From: Ilumatobacteraceae bacterium
GTDB lineage: Bacteria > Actinomycetota > Acidimicrobiia > Acidimicrobiales > Ilumatobacteraceae
Assembly (NCBI GenBank): GCA_049432165.1
Contig: JBMTDQ010000004.1
Coordinates: forward strand, 1,401 to 65,400
Reading direction: 5' to 3'
Length of the DNA: 64,000 nucleotides
The translations under genes were made by a program, and so were the position numbers. This document shows, piece after piece, positions 29,315-38,727 of the stretch. The notes beneath the pieces were generated by a model. That model made no database searches, had not been told where the DNA came from, and saw nothing but the letters and a program-made list of their open reading frames with translations. Numbering within the stretch: the stretch's first letter is position 1; every line of letters begins with the position of its first letter.

Positions 29315-29917
29315 ATGTCCGCCGACAACGTGAATCCAAACCCGGCCGCTCTCGAGGGTGGTTTCGATCCCCGCAGCGATGTGTTCAACCGTTTGTTGAA
29401 AAATCGGGTGGTGTTGCTTGGCTCTGATGTCAACGATGACATTGCGAATCAGATTTGCGCCCAGTTGCTTTACCTCGAGGGCGAAGACCCAAATACTGAC
29501 ATTTGGTTGTACATCAACTCGCCAGGTGGTTCTGTAACTGCTGGTATGGCGATCTATGACACGATGCAGTTCGTCTCATGTGATGTCGCAACAGTGTGTC
29601 TCGGACTTGCAGCCTCGATGGGACAGTTCCTGCTCACAGCAGGCGCCGCCGGAAAGCGTTACAGCCTGCCAAATGCCCGGATCATGATGCACCAGCCACT
29701 TGCTGGCCTTCGTGGCCAGGCAGCCGATATCGCAATTCAGGCGGAGCAACTTGCCTACACCAAATTGCGAATGGCTCAGCTCATTGCAGAACATTCGGGT
29801 CAGCCTCTCGAGCAGATTCAGCAAGATTCAGAGCGTGACCGCTGGTTCACCGCAGAACAGGCCAAGGAATACGGTCTTTGCGACAACGTGATCCTGCGCC
29901 GCGGTGAAATCGTCTGA
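29315..29917 (+). CDS. clpP: ATP-dependent Clp protease proteolytic subunit
   Basis: INSPGGSV, catalytic Ser in GLAASMG, His in MMHQP and Asp in ERDRWF. Confidence 0.92.
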   Translation: MSADNVNPNPAALEGGFDPRSDVFNRLLKNRVVLLGSDVNDDIANQICAQLLYLEGEDPNTDIWLYINSPGGSVTAGMAIYDTMQFVSCDVATVCLGLAASMGQFLLTAGAAGKRYSLPNARIMMHQPLAGLRGQAADIAIQAEQLAYTKLRMAQLIAEHSGQPLEQIQQDSERDRWFTAEQAKEYGLCDNVILRRGEIV

Positions 29918-29920
29918 TAG

Positions 29921-30403
29921 TTAACTTGAGGCGCCGACCGGTGTTGCCGGCTCTGGCGCATCGTGTGGAACCAAGGTAGTTACTGGCCCGAGATCAACGT
30001 CGCATGAGGCCAACGCCCATTCAGCAATAGCTAGTGCCGCCGCCTCGCTTTGATATGCGGCTTCCACAAGGCGTTGAAGGTCATCTGCATCACCGGGCAC
30101 GACCGTGTTTGCTGTCTCGATCGCATTCAACAAGGTTGACCACTCCTGTGAGACTGCGAGTGGAGCGAGATTGTTGAGTTGTCGATAGATCTCGAGCGTG
30201 CTGGTGAGTTCAAGTTCACTTGAAAATGATCCGGCAACAATCGCTGAGCGATTCGTTCGTAGCCCTTCACAGAACACTGCAGCGTCTCGCTCTGGGGCTG
30301 GATCTCCACATGCGACCAAAGTTGTTCCAGTGATGCACACGCTGAACGCGATCGTGGCAAGACGTTTGCACTGCACGACACGAGTGTGACACAACGACCG
30401 CAT
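29921..30403 (-). CDS. hypothetical lipoprotein
   Basis: The ATG at 30403 gives MRSLCHTRVVQCKRLATIAFSVCITGTTLVAC-GD, a signal peptide plus lipobox. The rest is helical and unassigned. Confidence 0.6.
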   Translation of the reverse strand: MRSLCHTRVVQCKRLATIAFSVCITGTTLVACGDPAPERDAAVFCEGLRTNRSAIVAGSFSSELELTSTLEIYRQLNNLAPLAVSQEWSTLLNAIETANTVVPGDADDLQRLVEAAYQSEAAALAIAEWALASCDVDLGPVTTLVPHDAPEPATPVGASS

Positions 30404-30466
30404 AATTTGTCGCCACCCCATCGGGTTAATGCCCCTCACCGCCAGCACTCCAAAGGACGTAACCCT

Positions 30467-31978
30467 GTGATCGCTTCTGTGACCTCGGCAACAATCCTTG
30501 GAGCACGTGGGTACTCGGTTCAGGTAGAGGTCCATGTGGGTCGCGGTTTACCTGGGTTTTCGATGCTCGGGCTACCTGACGAAGCGTGCCGAGAGGCCCG
30601 TGATCGGGTTCGCGCTGCGGTCCTGAGTTCGGGTTTTAACTGGCCTGACCAGAAAATCACCGTCAATCTTGCGCCGCCACATCATCGAAAAACTGGTTCA
30701 GGGCTCGACCTGCCAATTGCTCTCGGTGTCTTAATGGCGACGGAGCAACTCGCGGCCGAGTGCCTTGCCGAAATATGTGTGATTGGAGAGCTCGGGCTCG
30801 ACGGTTCAATCAGATCGGTCCCTGGGGTGGCACCCATGGTTGGGGTGCACGCAGAAGCTGAGTGGATTGTGCCCGCCGATGGAGTGCGCGAAGCACGACT
30901 CGTGACAAGTGGCCGGGTTCGTTCAACCGATTCGTTACGAGAGCTTGTTGACGCACTTGCCGGCATTGGGGGCTGGGGAACCGTTCCGCCAAGCGCGCCA
31001 CATGAGTCAGCCGTCGATCTCGGACCAGACCTTGCCGATGTCCGTGGACAACCTGTTGCACGCTTTGCGCTTGAGGTCGCTGCGGCGGGTGGCCATCACC
31101 TGTTGTTCATTGGCCCGCCCGGATCGGGCAAGACGATGCTTGCAGAGCGGCTTCCGTATCTGCTCCCAGACCTCCCGCCCGATCTTTCACTTGAAACAAC
31201 CATGGTCCAATCTGCTGCCGGAGTTCGCCTTCCCCCTGGAGGTCTCGTCAGGCGGCCACCCTTCCGAGCGCCTCACCACACATCGACTGCGCCTGCGCTT
31301 GTCGGCGGTGGCGCCCATTACCTCCGTCCAGGAGAGATCAGCATTGCCCATGGAGGGGTCCTGTTCCTCGATGAGATGGGGCAGTTTGCCCCTGCGGTGA
31401 TTGACTGCCTCCGCGAGGCGCTCGAAACCGGTTCAATTTCGATCAGCCGAGCCCAGCATCATGTGACATTGCCGGCTCGATTTCAACTTGTTGGGGCAAC
31501 AAACCCATGTCCGTGTGGTGAAGGTTTGCGGCCTGGGGTCTGCAGATGTGATGAGCGGTCACGACGTCGATATCTCGGGCGATTGTCGGGGCCAATCCTC
31601 GATCGATTCGATCTACGCGTCGCTGTCGAACGATCTCACGTAGGCGAGCTCATGGCCACCGAGCCATCAGAATCAAGTGCAACCGTCGCCAAGCGAGTTG
31701 AGAGGGCACGAAATCTTGCCTTCGAACGTTCGGGAGGCACCAATGCCAGTATCCCTCAATCTGAGATTGATGCGTTTGCGCCATTGTCGACAGCAGCGGT
31801 GACTCGGCTGCGCGCCGAACTTGATGCGGGTCACCTGACCGGCCGTGGGTTACATCGTGTTCGCAGAACTGCGCGCACGATCGCAGATCTCGAGCCAACG
31901 CCTGAAGAGATCATCGACGAACGTCATGTTGAGATGGCGCTGTCTCTCCGAACTGCAATCGGGGTTGAACGTCGATGA
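30467..31978 (+). CDS. YifB/ComM family Mg-chelatase-like AAA+ ATPase
   Basis: GTG 30467 has AAGGA upstream. An N-terminal Lon-like domain is followed by Walker A GPPGSGKT, ISIAHGGVLFLDE and a CPCG...C.C zinc motif. Confidence 0.9.
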   Translation: MIASVTSATILGARGYSVQVEVHVGRGLPGFSMLGLPDEACREARDRVRAAVLSSGFNWPDQKITVNLAPPHHRKTGSGLDLPIALGVLMATEQLAAECLAEICVIGELGLDGSIRSVPGVAPMVGVHAEAEWIVPADGVREARLVTSGRVRSTDSLRELVDALAGIGGWGTVPPSAPHESAVDLGPDLADVRGQPVARFALEVAAAGGHHLLFIGPPGSGKTMLAERLPYLLPDLPPDLSLETTMVQSAAGVRLPPGGLVRRPPFRAPHHTSTAPALVGGGAHYLRPGEISIAHGGVLFLDEMGQFAPAVIDCLREALETGSISISRAQHHVTLPARFQLVGATNPCPCGEGLRPGVCRCDERSRRRYLGRLSGPILDRFDLRVAVERSHVGELMATEPSESSATVAKRVERARNLAFERSGGTNASIPQSEIDAFAPLSTAAVTRLRAELDAGHLTGRGLHRVRRTARTIADLEPTPEEIIDERHVEMALSLRTAIGVERR

Positions 31979-33099
31979 CCGAGCGTGTTCCGAGTCATGC
32001 AGAAGTAGTCGCTGCTGCACTTGCTTCACTTTCAGCAATGTCGCCGGCGCGGTTACGGCAGGCATTGAGCGAGCGTGAGCCTGAGGGCGTTTGGAGCGAT
32101 ATCACAGTTGGTCGAGCGAACATCCGTCAACTCTTTTCACACGAGAAATTTCGGCAACTTCAATACGAAGTGCATCGATTCGACATTGAGGCCACGCGAG
32201 CACAACTCATTGCGTATTCGATACGAGTTATCACATGCATCTCAGATGACTTTCCTGCAGCTCTTCGAGAAGACGACGATAAGCCTCCCGTGCTCTTCTT
32301 GAGAGGCGATATATCGATTCTTCAACACCGCATGGTTGCCATCGTTGGAACCCGGCGTGCAACGGCATCAGGTAGAGCAACCGCAACAGAGCTTGCCGAG
32401 CAGCTTGCAGCAGCTGGCATTGTCGTGGTGTCTGGTTTGGCGCTGGGGGTTGATACGGCGGCCCACCGGGGCGCAATGAGATGTGGGTCTACCGCTGCGG
32501 TGGTGGGTTGTGGTCTCGACCGCTGCTACCCGGCGCGCCATCAATCGGTGTTCGACGAGATCTCAGAACGGCATCTGGTCATCAGTGAGTGGCCACCCGG
32601 TACGCCTCCAGCACCATTTCGTTTCCCGATGCGTAACCGACTGATTTCGGCATTTTCTGAGATTGTTGTTGTTGTCGAGAGCGGAGATACGGGCGGGAGT
32701 TTGATCACGGCGCGTGAGGCGCTTGAGCGCGGCCGAACCGTGATGGCAGTTCCGGGAAGTCCACGTGTTGCAACATCCAGTGGGACAAATGCTCTCATTC
32801 GAGATGGAGCAGCCCCGGTAACAAGTGTCGGTGACGTGTTTGACGAGCTTGGACTCAGCACGAGTCGGCAGCCGGTACCCCAATCGACTCACCGGGTCCA
32901 AGGAATGGCAGTCGAGATCGTGCACGAACTATCTCAAGAGTCACTCACCCTCAATCAACTGGTTGAGCGCATGTCGACCACGATCGGGGAGGTCGTGGTT
33001 GTCGTAAGTGAGCTTCTCCGCCATCAGATCATCACGGAAAGCAACGGTTGGTTCGAACTTTCGAGATCGATGCTGGTGTCCGGCAAAGAGTGTCAATGA
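31975..33099 (+). CDS. dprA: DNA-processing protein DprA
   Basis: VAIVGTRRAT, SGLALGVDTAAHRGA and FPMRNRLIS motifs. ATGA overlap with the upstream gene. Confidence 0.9.
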   Translation: MTERVPSHAEVVAAALASLSAMSPARLRQALSEREPEGVWSDITVGRANIRQLFSHEKFRQLQYEVHRFDIEATRAQLIAYSIRVITCISDDFPAALREDDDKPPVLFLRGDISILQHRMVAIVGTRRATASGRATATELAEQLAAAGIVVVSGLALGVDTAAHRGAMRCGSTAAVVGCGLDRCYPARHQSVFDEISERHLVISEWPPGTPPAPFRFPMRNRLISAFSEIVVVVESGDTGGSLITAREALERGRTVMAVPGSPRVATSSGTNALIRDGAAPVTSVGDVFDELGLSTSRQPVPQSTHRVQGMAVEIVHELSQESLTLNQLVERMSTTIGEVVVVVSELLRHQIITESNGWFELSRSMLVSGKECQ

Positions 33100-33117
33100 G
33101 CGAATACCCTCGTCTAT

Positions 33118-34023
33118 GTGGATTTCGATTCTGCAGTCGAGACCGATCAGGTCGACCCGTGGCAGATCGATCGTTTTATCGCGTCCTTGACCTCGCTATC
33201 GGAGCGAACGGTCGATGCGTACAAGACAGACCTCCGGATGTTTACCGAGTGGATTTCGCGAATGAACATCGTCGAACCTCTGGCAGTAAACCGGACAATG
33301 GTTCGGCGCTACATCGCCCACCTATCAACACGCCAGTACGCCCAGCGCAGCATTGCGCGCAAAGTCGCCGCAATTCGTCGTTACTTCAAATGGGCGTTGC
33401 GCCACGGTGCCGCGTCCACCGATCCAACCCTTGGTGTGCACGTGAGTGGCGGGACAGGTCGCCTTCCACGGGTGCTCGATCGGCGTGACCTTGAGCATCT
33501 CCTCGAACCTGAGGTTGATCCTGATGAGCCGCTATGGCGTCGCCACAGAGACGATGCCGTACTCGAGTTGCTGTACGGATCGGGCCTACGCGTGGCCGAA
33601 CTCTGTTCACTCGATTGTGCTGCAATCGATTTCACGAAGCAGGCGCTTCGTGTGTGGGGCAAGGGTTCTAAAGAACGTCGTGTGCCACTCGGCGAACCAG
33701 CATCTGATGCCTTGCGTACATGGATCGACATTCGGTCCGAGGCGGCCCCGATTGAAGTCGGTGATGCGCTCTTCACAAACGAGCGTGGCCATCGTCTCAC
33801 TCCACGGGATGTGCGTCGCATTCTCGATCGCAGGAGCGCCTCCCCAACTCACCCTCATGCACTGCGGCACACCTATGCAACACACCTTCTTGACGGTGGA
33901 GCCGATCTGCGCGCAGTGCAAGAACTTCTTGGTCACGCTGATGTTGCAACAACTCAGCGGTACACGCACGTCAGCAAAGAGCGGCTCACCGCGGCATACC
34001 GCCAGTCGCATCCGCGGGCATGA
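33118..34023 (+). CDS. xerC: tyrosine recombinase XerC
   Basis: Catalytic residues lie in LLYGSGLRVAE, HALRHTYATHLL and LGHADVATTQRYTHV. The conserved dprA-xerC neighbourhood argues for the chromosomal dimer resolvase. Confidence 0.9.
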   Translation: MDFDSAVETDQVDPWQIDRFIASLTSLSERTVDAYKTDLRMFTEWISRMNIVEPLAVNRTMVRRYIAHLSTRQYAQRSIARKVAAIRRYFKWALRHGAASTDPTLGVHVSGGTGRLPRVLDRRDLEHLLEPEVDPDEPLWRRHRDDAVLELLYGSGLRVAELCSLDCAAIDFTKQALRVWGKGSKERRVPLGEPASDALRTWIDIRSEAAPIEVGDALFTNERGHRLTPRDVRRILDRRSASPTHPHALRHTYATHLLDGGADLRAVQELLGHADVATTQRYTHVSKERLTAAYRQSHPRA

Positions 34024-34814
34024 CGCCTCCTCCACCACCGGCGGGTCAGCGGCCGGGTCTTGTCGATGCTGCAACCGAGTTGGCCGAGCAGTGGAGTCGT
34101 TGGAGTCGACGTCGAACGCCGTCAGCTCGCGATCACCTCATCGTGCATTATTCGCCGCTGGTGAAATTCGTTGCAGGACGTGTGGGTTCAGGACTTCCAC
34201 GGTCAGTAGATCCATCCGACCTTGTCGGGTACGGGGTATTCGGGCTGATCGACGCCATCGAAAAGTTCGATGTCGCGCATGGTGTCAAGTTCGAGACGTA
34301 CGCGGCGCCGCGGATCAGGGGCGCAATTTACGACGGCCTTCGCGAGCTCGATTGGGTACCTCGAACGGTTCGCACTCATGCTCGACGCATAGAGCAAGCT
34401 ATGGCCGATCTCGAGCGCGAGTTGGGGCGATCACCAAGCGAAGACGAACTTGCCGAGAAACTCAACATCGCTACCGAAGAGTTGGAGACGTGGCTTTCCG
34501 AGGTTGCCACCACAACTGTGGGCACGCTCGATCGGGCGATTTCGATGGGCTTCGAGCCCGAGGCAGACGAACTCGATGGGGCGCATACCCCTGTCGTGGC
34601 GGTCGAAGCCGAGGAACTTCGCGTGGTGATTCGTACGGCCGTTCGCGACCTTCCCGAACGGGAGCGGCTCGTTCTGTCGTTGTATTACGACGAGAATCTG
34701 ACATTGGCAGATATCGGCGAAATCCTCGATGTCACCGAGTCTCGAGTATCTCAATTACACGCTCGCTCTGTGCTGCATCTCCGGTCCCGACTACGCGCTT
34801 CCGGCCACCTCTAG
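34020..34814 (+). CDS. whiG: FliA/WhiG family RNA polymerase sigma factor
   Basis: Region 2 (DLVGYGVFGLIDAIEKFD) and region 4 (LSLYYDENLTLADIGEILDVTESRVSQLH). Same position as whiG in Streptomyces, upstream of an M23 peptidase and rpsB. Confidence 0.85.
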   Translation: MTPPPPPAGQRPGLVDAATELAEQWSRWSRRRTPSARDHLIVHYSPLVKFVAGRVGSGLPRSVDPSDLVGYGVFGLIDAIEKFDVAHGVKFETYAAPRIRGAIYDGLRELDWVPRTVRTHARRIEQAMADLERELGRSPSEDELAEKLNIATEELETWLSEVATTTVGTLDRAISMGFEPEADELDGAHTPVVAVEAEELRVVIRTAVRDLPERERLVLSLYYDENLTLADIGEILDVTESRVSQLHARSVLHLRSRLRASGHL

Positions 34815-34833
34815 CTATCCCGATCCGACAGCA

Positions 34834-35463
34834 GTGATCATTGCTGTCGTTGCATTGCTCGTTGTTGTGGCAGGCGGATTCACCCACTTGGACAATCCAA
34901 TGTTGTTGCGGGTCGTGACGCCAGACGCGAAATCAGGCGAGAGCTCTTTGCGTTCATCTCAGGTGTCCAGTGACGTGTGGGCGGGACAAATGTGTTGGCG
35001 ACCACCTGTTGATCGCCCTATCTCTGATCCATTTCGACTACCTGAATGTGAGTGGTGCTCGGGTAATCGCGGAGTGAAGTTTGGTGCCGAGCCAGGCGAT
35101 GAAGTCCGGTCTGTCGTTACCGGCACTGTGTGGTTTCACGGAACCGTCGGCAGTACGGGCTATCTGACGTTGTTGGTGGAGGGGAGTGTTGTTTCGTTGT
35201 TGGTCACGATTGGCGGCATCGAAGTTCTCGATCGCTATCCACGGGGCTCAGTCGTTGCGGCAGGTGACCCGGTCGGACAGGCCACAGGCACGGTTCACCT
35301 GGGCATCCGTTCGAATGGCCGCTATCTCGACCCCGAACTTTGGTTATCTGCCGCTCCAAATCGAGTTCGACTTGTTCCGGTGACAGAACCCCCTCGGCCA
35401 GCGCAGATTCGAACCTCGTGCTCGAGTGGTTACCCCGGTGAAAACCCAGGTCGTCGCCGATAG
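34834..35463 (+). CDS. M23 family metallopeptidase, membrane-anchored
   Basis: GTG 34834 gives an N-terminal TM helix. The LytM-type core includes GNRGVKFGAEPGDEV..., GTVHLGIR and YLDP. Confidence 0.75.
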   Translation: MIIAVVALLVVVAGGFTHLDNPMLLRVVTPDAKSGESSLRSSQVSSDVWAGQMCWRPPVDRPISDPFRLPECEWCSGNRGVKFGAEPGDEVRSVVTGTVWFHGTVGSTGYLTLLVEGSVVSLLVTIGGIEVLDRYPRGSVVAAGDPVGQATGTVHLGIRSNGRYLDPELWLSAAPNRVRLVPVTEPPRPAQIRTSCSSGYPGENPGRRR

Positions 35464-35596
35464 CGTGTCAGACGGCCTACCAACCGGTCGGCACCTGAAT
35501 CTTCAGGTCACTCGAGATTAGAAATGTTCATGTCATTTGCGGTCGTTTCGGCGCCCCGACATGAGCTCCAACCGCAACCCTACATAGGAGACTCTC

Positions 35597-36505
35597 ATGG
35601 CTCTCATCAGCATGCGTCAGATGATCGAGGCAGGTGCGCACTTTGGCCACCAGACCCGTCGTTGGAACCCGAAAATGCGTCGCTTTATTTTCGGAGAGCG
35701 CAACGGCATCTACATCATTGACCTCGACCAAACACTGAACCGGGTCGAGACCGCATACAACTTTTTACGTGACCTCGTTGCCGATGGCGGCAATGTTCTC
35801 TTCGTCGGAACCAAGAAGCAGGCACAGGATCCAATTCGTGAAGCTGCTGACCGTTGCGGCATGCCGTACGTCAACGAGCGCTGGCTTGGCGGAATGCTCA
35901 CCAACTTCGGAACGATTTCACTTCGCGTGAACAAAATGCTCGAACTTGAGCGCCAGAAAGAGATCGGCGAGTTCGACCTCATGATCAAAAAAGAGGCGCT
36001 GCTGCTCGATCGTGAACTCACGAAATTGCAGCGCAACCTCGGTGGTCTTCGGTCGATGAAGAAGGCTCCTGACGCGATTTTCGTGCTCGACACAATGAAA
36101 GAACACATTGCAATCACCGAGGCAAACAAACTAGGAATCCCGGTTGTTGCGGTGGTTGACACGAACGTTGACCCTGATTCGATTCAATTCCCAATCCCAG
36201 GAAACGACGACGCAATTCGGGCAAATGCACTGTTCGCAAATGTCATCGCCGAAGCGGTTCTCGAGGGCCGGTACATCGCTTCCCGTCGCCCACAGGCTGC
36301 TCCAGCAACTCCGGAGCCAAAGGAGCGCACCCCAGAGGAAGAAGCAGCATTTGCTCAGGCCCAGGCTGAAGCCCGTGCGGCTGCAGCCCGTGCTCAGGCA
36401 GAGCGTGAGGCTCGCATGGCAGCAAAGAAAGCAGCCGATGAAGCCGCTGCTGATGCTCCTGCCACCGAAGAAGCTCCAGAAGCCGATGCTTCGACCGAGT
36501 CCTGA
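35597..36505 (+). CDS. rpsB: 30S ribosomal protein S2 with an Ala/Glu-rich C-terminal tail
   Basis: [16 protein letters not shown] and VDTN.DP motifs. An AGGAG RBS lies upstream. Confidence 0.97.
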   Translation: MALISMRQMIEAGAHFGHQTRRWNPKMRRFIFGERNGIYIIDLDQTLNRVETAYNFLRDLVADGGNVLFVGTKKQAQDPIREAADRCGMPYVNERWLGGMLTNFGTISLRVNKMLELERQKEIGEFDLMIKKEALLLDRELTKLQRNLGGLRSMKKAPDAIFVLDTMKEHIAITEANKLGIPVVAVVDTNVDPDSIQFPIPGNDDAIRANALFANVIAEAVLEGRYIASRRPQAAPATPEPKERTPEEEAAFAQAQAEARAAAARAQAEREARMAAKKAADEAAADAPATEEAPEADASTES

Positions 36506-36529
36506 ACAGATTTGAAAGAAGGCTGACAC

Positions 36530-37318
36530 ATGTCATTCACCGCACAAGACGTAAAAGCTCTGCGCGAATCAACTGGCGCAGGAATGATGGATTGCAAGAA
36601 GGCACTTGAGGAGTCCTCAGGTGATATTGATGCCGCAAAGCAGTACCTCCGCGAGAAGGGATTGGCCGCGAGCGCCAAGCGCGACGACCGTGAGAACAAT
36701 CAGGGACTTGTCGCCCTCGGTATCGAGGGTGCAACCGCTGCGATGGTGCAGCTGAAGTGTGAGACCGACTTTGTTGCTGGAAGCGAACACTTCATCAATG
36801 AGGCGACGGAGCTTCTCAAGGCAGTACTCGCCGGCGGTGCCGATGCGGTCTCAAGCCGTGAGACTCAACTTGAGGAACTTCGCATCCTTCTGAAAGAGAA
36901 GATCGAACTCGGTGATGTTGTACACATGGTCGCGGCAGATGGCAACACCATTGGTCACTACGAGCACATTCAGGGTGGTCGTGGAGTCAATGGCGTTCTC
37001 GTTGAGATGTCAGGTGCCAACGATGAGCTTGCTCACGACATCGCAGTACACATCGCCTTTGCCCGTCCGCAGTACTTGAACCGTGATGACGTTCCTGCCG
37101 ATGTGGTGGCTGCCGAGCGTTCGACGCTTGAGACCATCACGCGCAATGAGGGTAAGCCCGAACAGGCAATCGAAAAGATTGTTGAGGGTCGAATCGGCGG
37201 ATTCTTCAAAGATGTCTGCTTACTCGAGCAGCCATTCGCGAAAGATGACAAGCAGTCAATCCAGCAGGTGATTGGCTCTGCTGGAATCGTCCGGTTCGCT
37301 CAAGTCGAGATCGGCTGA
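36530..37318 (+). CDS. tsf: translation elongation factor Ts
   Basis: VKALRESTGAGMMDCKKAL N-terminal UBA-like motif; follows rpsB. Confidence 0.97.
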   Translation: MSFTAQDVKALRESTGAGMMDCKKALEESSGDIDAAKQYLREKGLAASAKRDDRENNQGLVALGIEGATAAMVQLKCETDFVAGSEHFINEATELLKAVLAGGADAVSSRETQLEELRILLKEKIELGDVVHMVAADGNTIGHYEHIQGGRGVNGVLVEMSGANDELAHDIAVHIAFARPQYLNRDDVPADVVAAERSTLETITRNEGKPEQAIEKIVEGRIGGFFKDVCLLEQPFAKDDKQSIQQVIGSAGIVRFAQVEIG

Positions 37319-37330
37319 AATAATTCACAT

Positions 37331-38074
37331 ATGGCTGACGATTCCACGACCACCCCACGATGGCGACGGATCGTCTTTAAGCCTTCGGGTGAGGCGCTAG
37401 CTGGGCCATCAGGTCGCGGACTTGATGGCCCTACGCTTGACGCAACCGCTCGCGAGATCATCGACCTTCGCCAAAACCTTGGTGTTGATGTCGCCGTCGT
37501 CGTTGGCGGTGGAAACTTTTGGCGCGGCCGAACGGGAGCGATGGAAGGCATGGATGCCACGCAGAGCGACCACATCGGAATGCTCGGCACGGTGATGAAT
37601 GCGTTGGCTCTTCAGGACGCTCTCGAACGGCAGGGTCAGCCGACTCGCGTTCAATCAGCGATTGAGATGCCGAGAATTGCTGAGGCCTACATCCGTCGGC
37701 GTGCGGTTCGCCACCTCGAAAAGGGTCGCGTGGTCATCTTCGCAGCAGGAACCGGGAACCCCTTTTTCACCACCGATACCGCCGCTGCGCTTCGCGCTGC
37801 TGAAATTGAGGCCGATGCTCTTCTGAAGGGCACGCACTCCGGTGTCGATGGTGTGTATGACGCTGATCCTCGTGTCGATGAAACCGCGGTGAAGTACGAC
37901 GAAGTTGGCTACATGGAAGTCATGACGAAGAACCTCAAGGTCATGGATGCCACGGCTATTGCATTCTGCCGCGACAACTCAATACCGATCGTTGTTTTCG
38001 ACATGACGGCGCCTGGAGCATTGCGCTCAATTCTTTGCGGAGACGCAGTCGGCACGATGGTGCACGACGTCTGA
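37331..38074 (+). CDS. pyrH: UMP kinase
   Basis: [38 protein letters not shown]. Confidence 0.96.
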   Translation: MADDSTTTPRWRRIVFKPSGEALAGPSGRGLDGPTLDATAREIIDLRQNLGVDVAVVVGGGNFWRGRTGAMEGMDATQSDHIGMLGTVMNALALQDALERQGQPTRVQSAIEMPRIAEAYIRRRAVRHLEKGRVVIFAAGTGNPFFTTDTAAALRAAEIEADALLKGTHSGVDGVYDADPRVDETAVKYDEVGYMEVMTKNLKVMDATAIAFCRDNSIPIVVFDMTAPGALRSILCGDAVGTMVHDV

Positions 38075-38155
38075 GGCCGCTGACGCCTGCCGGGCAACCT
38101 TCAACATTTTGTTGCTGTCCCCAACGGGGTACCGGCGGATGGGTACGCTGGTGGA

Positions 38156-38713
38156 GTGATCGACGAGACCATTCTCGAATCCATTGAAAAGATGGAAAAG
38201 GCCGTACTGCATGTGCAGTCCCAGTTTGCAACGGTTCGGACCGGGCGAGCGGCTCCTGCACTTGTTGAGCACCTACAGGTTGAGTACTACGGTGCACATG
38301 TTCCGCTGCAGCAACTTGCGTCAATTCAGGTTCCAGAAGCCCGTCAGCTGCTCATCAAGCCGCACGATCGGGGCTCGCTTGCAGCAGTTGAGAAAGCGAT
38401 CAGAGATAGTGATCTTGGTGTCGCTCCGAATAACGATGGCGTGGTGATTCGTTTGAACTTTCCGGCGTTGACGGAAGAACGTCGACGCGACTACGTAAAA
38501 GTCGCAAAAAACATGGCCGAAGATGGTCGCATTGCGGTGAGGAATATACGCCGAGATGCCCGTAAAGCGCTTGAAAGCGCTGAGAAGGATGGCGAAATCT
38601 CTGCTGATGATCTCGAACGGGCAGAGAAAGAACTCGATAAGTACACCCACGAACACGTGGAGAGAATTGATCAGGGGCTCGGTCGAAAAGAGACCGAACT
38701 CCTCGAAGTGTAG
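38156..38713 (+). CDS. frr: ribosome recycling factor
   Basis: GTG start, 185 aa, with VRTGRA, LTEERRRDYVK and RNIRRDA. Confidence 0.96.
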   Translation: MIDETILESIEKMEKAVLHVQSQFATVRTGRAAPALVEHLQVEYYGAHVPLQQLASIQVPEARQLLIKPHDRGSLAAVEKAIRDSDLGVAPNNDGVVIRLNFPALTEERRRDYVKVAKNMAEDGRIAVRNIRRDARKALESAEKDGEISADDLERAEKELDKYTHEHVERIDQGLGRKETELLEV

Positions 38714-38727
38714 AGAGGCGACGTGCA

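Noticed and set aside
33118-34023. Tyrosine recombinase as a marker of a phage or integrative element.
   Set aside because: It sits in the conserved comM-dprA-xerC-whiG-rpsB housekeeping block and overlaps the sigma gene. No phage genes flank it. This is the chromosomal dimer resolvase XerC.
33446-34837. 463-aa ORF on the plus strand spanning the 3' half of xerC and all of the sigma-factor gene in other frames.
   Set aside because: The product is Arg/Ser/Cys-rich low-complexity sequence with no motifs. It overlaps two genes that have unmistakable catalytic and sigma-region motifs. This is a typical GC-driven shadow ORF.
35464-35596. rpsB leader, including the 16-bp palindrome ACCTGAATCTTCAGGT (about 35496-35511) and the ORF 35524-35721, considered as an S2 autoregulatory element or small protein.
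   Set aside because: The palindrome has no U-tract, and I cannot match it to a known S2 operator. The 65-aa ORF overlaps rpsB out of frame and has an implausible composition. The evidence is too weak to call.
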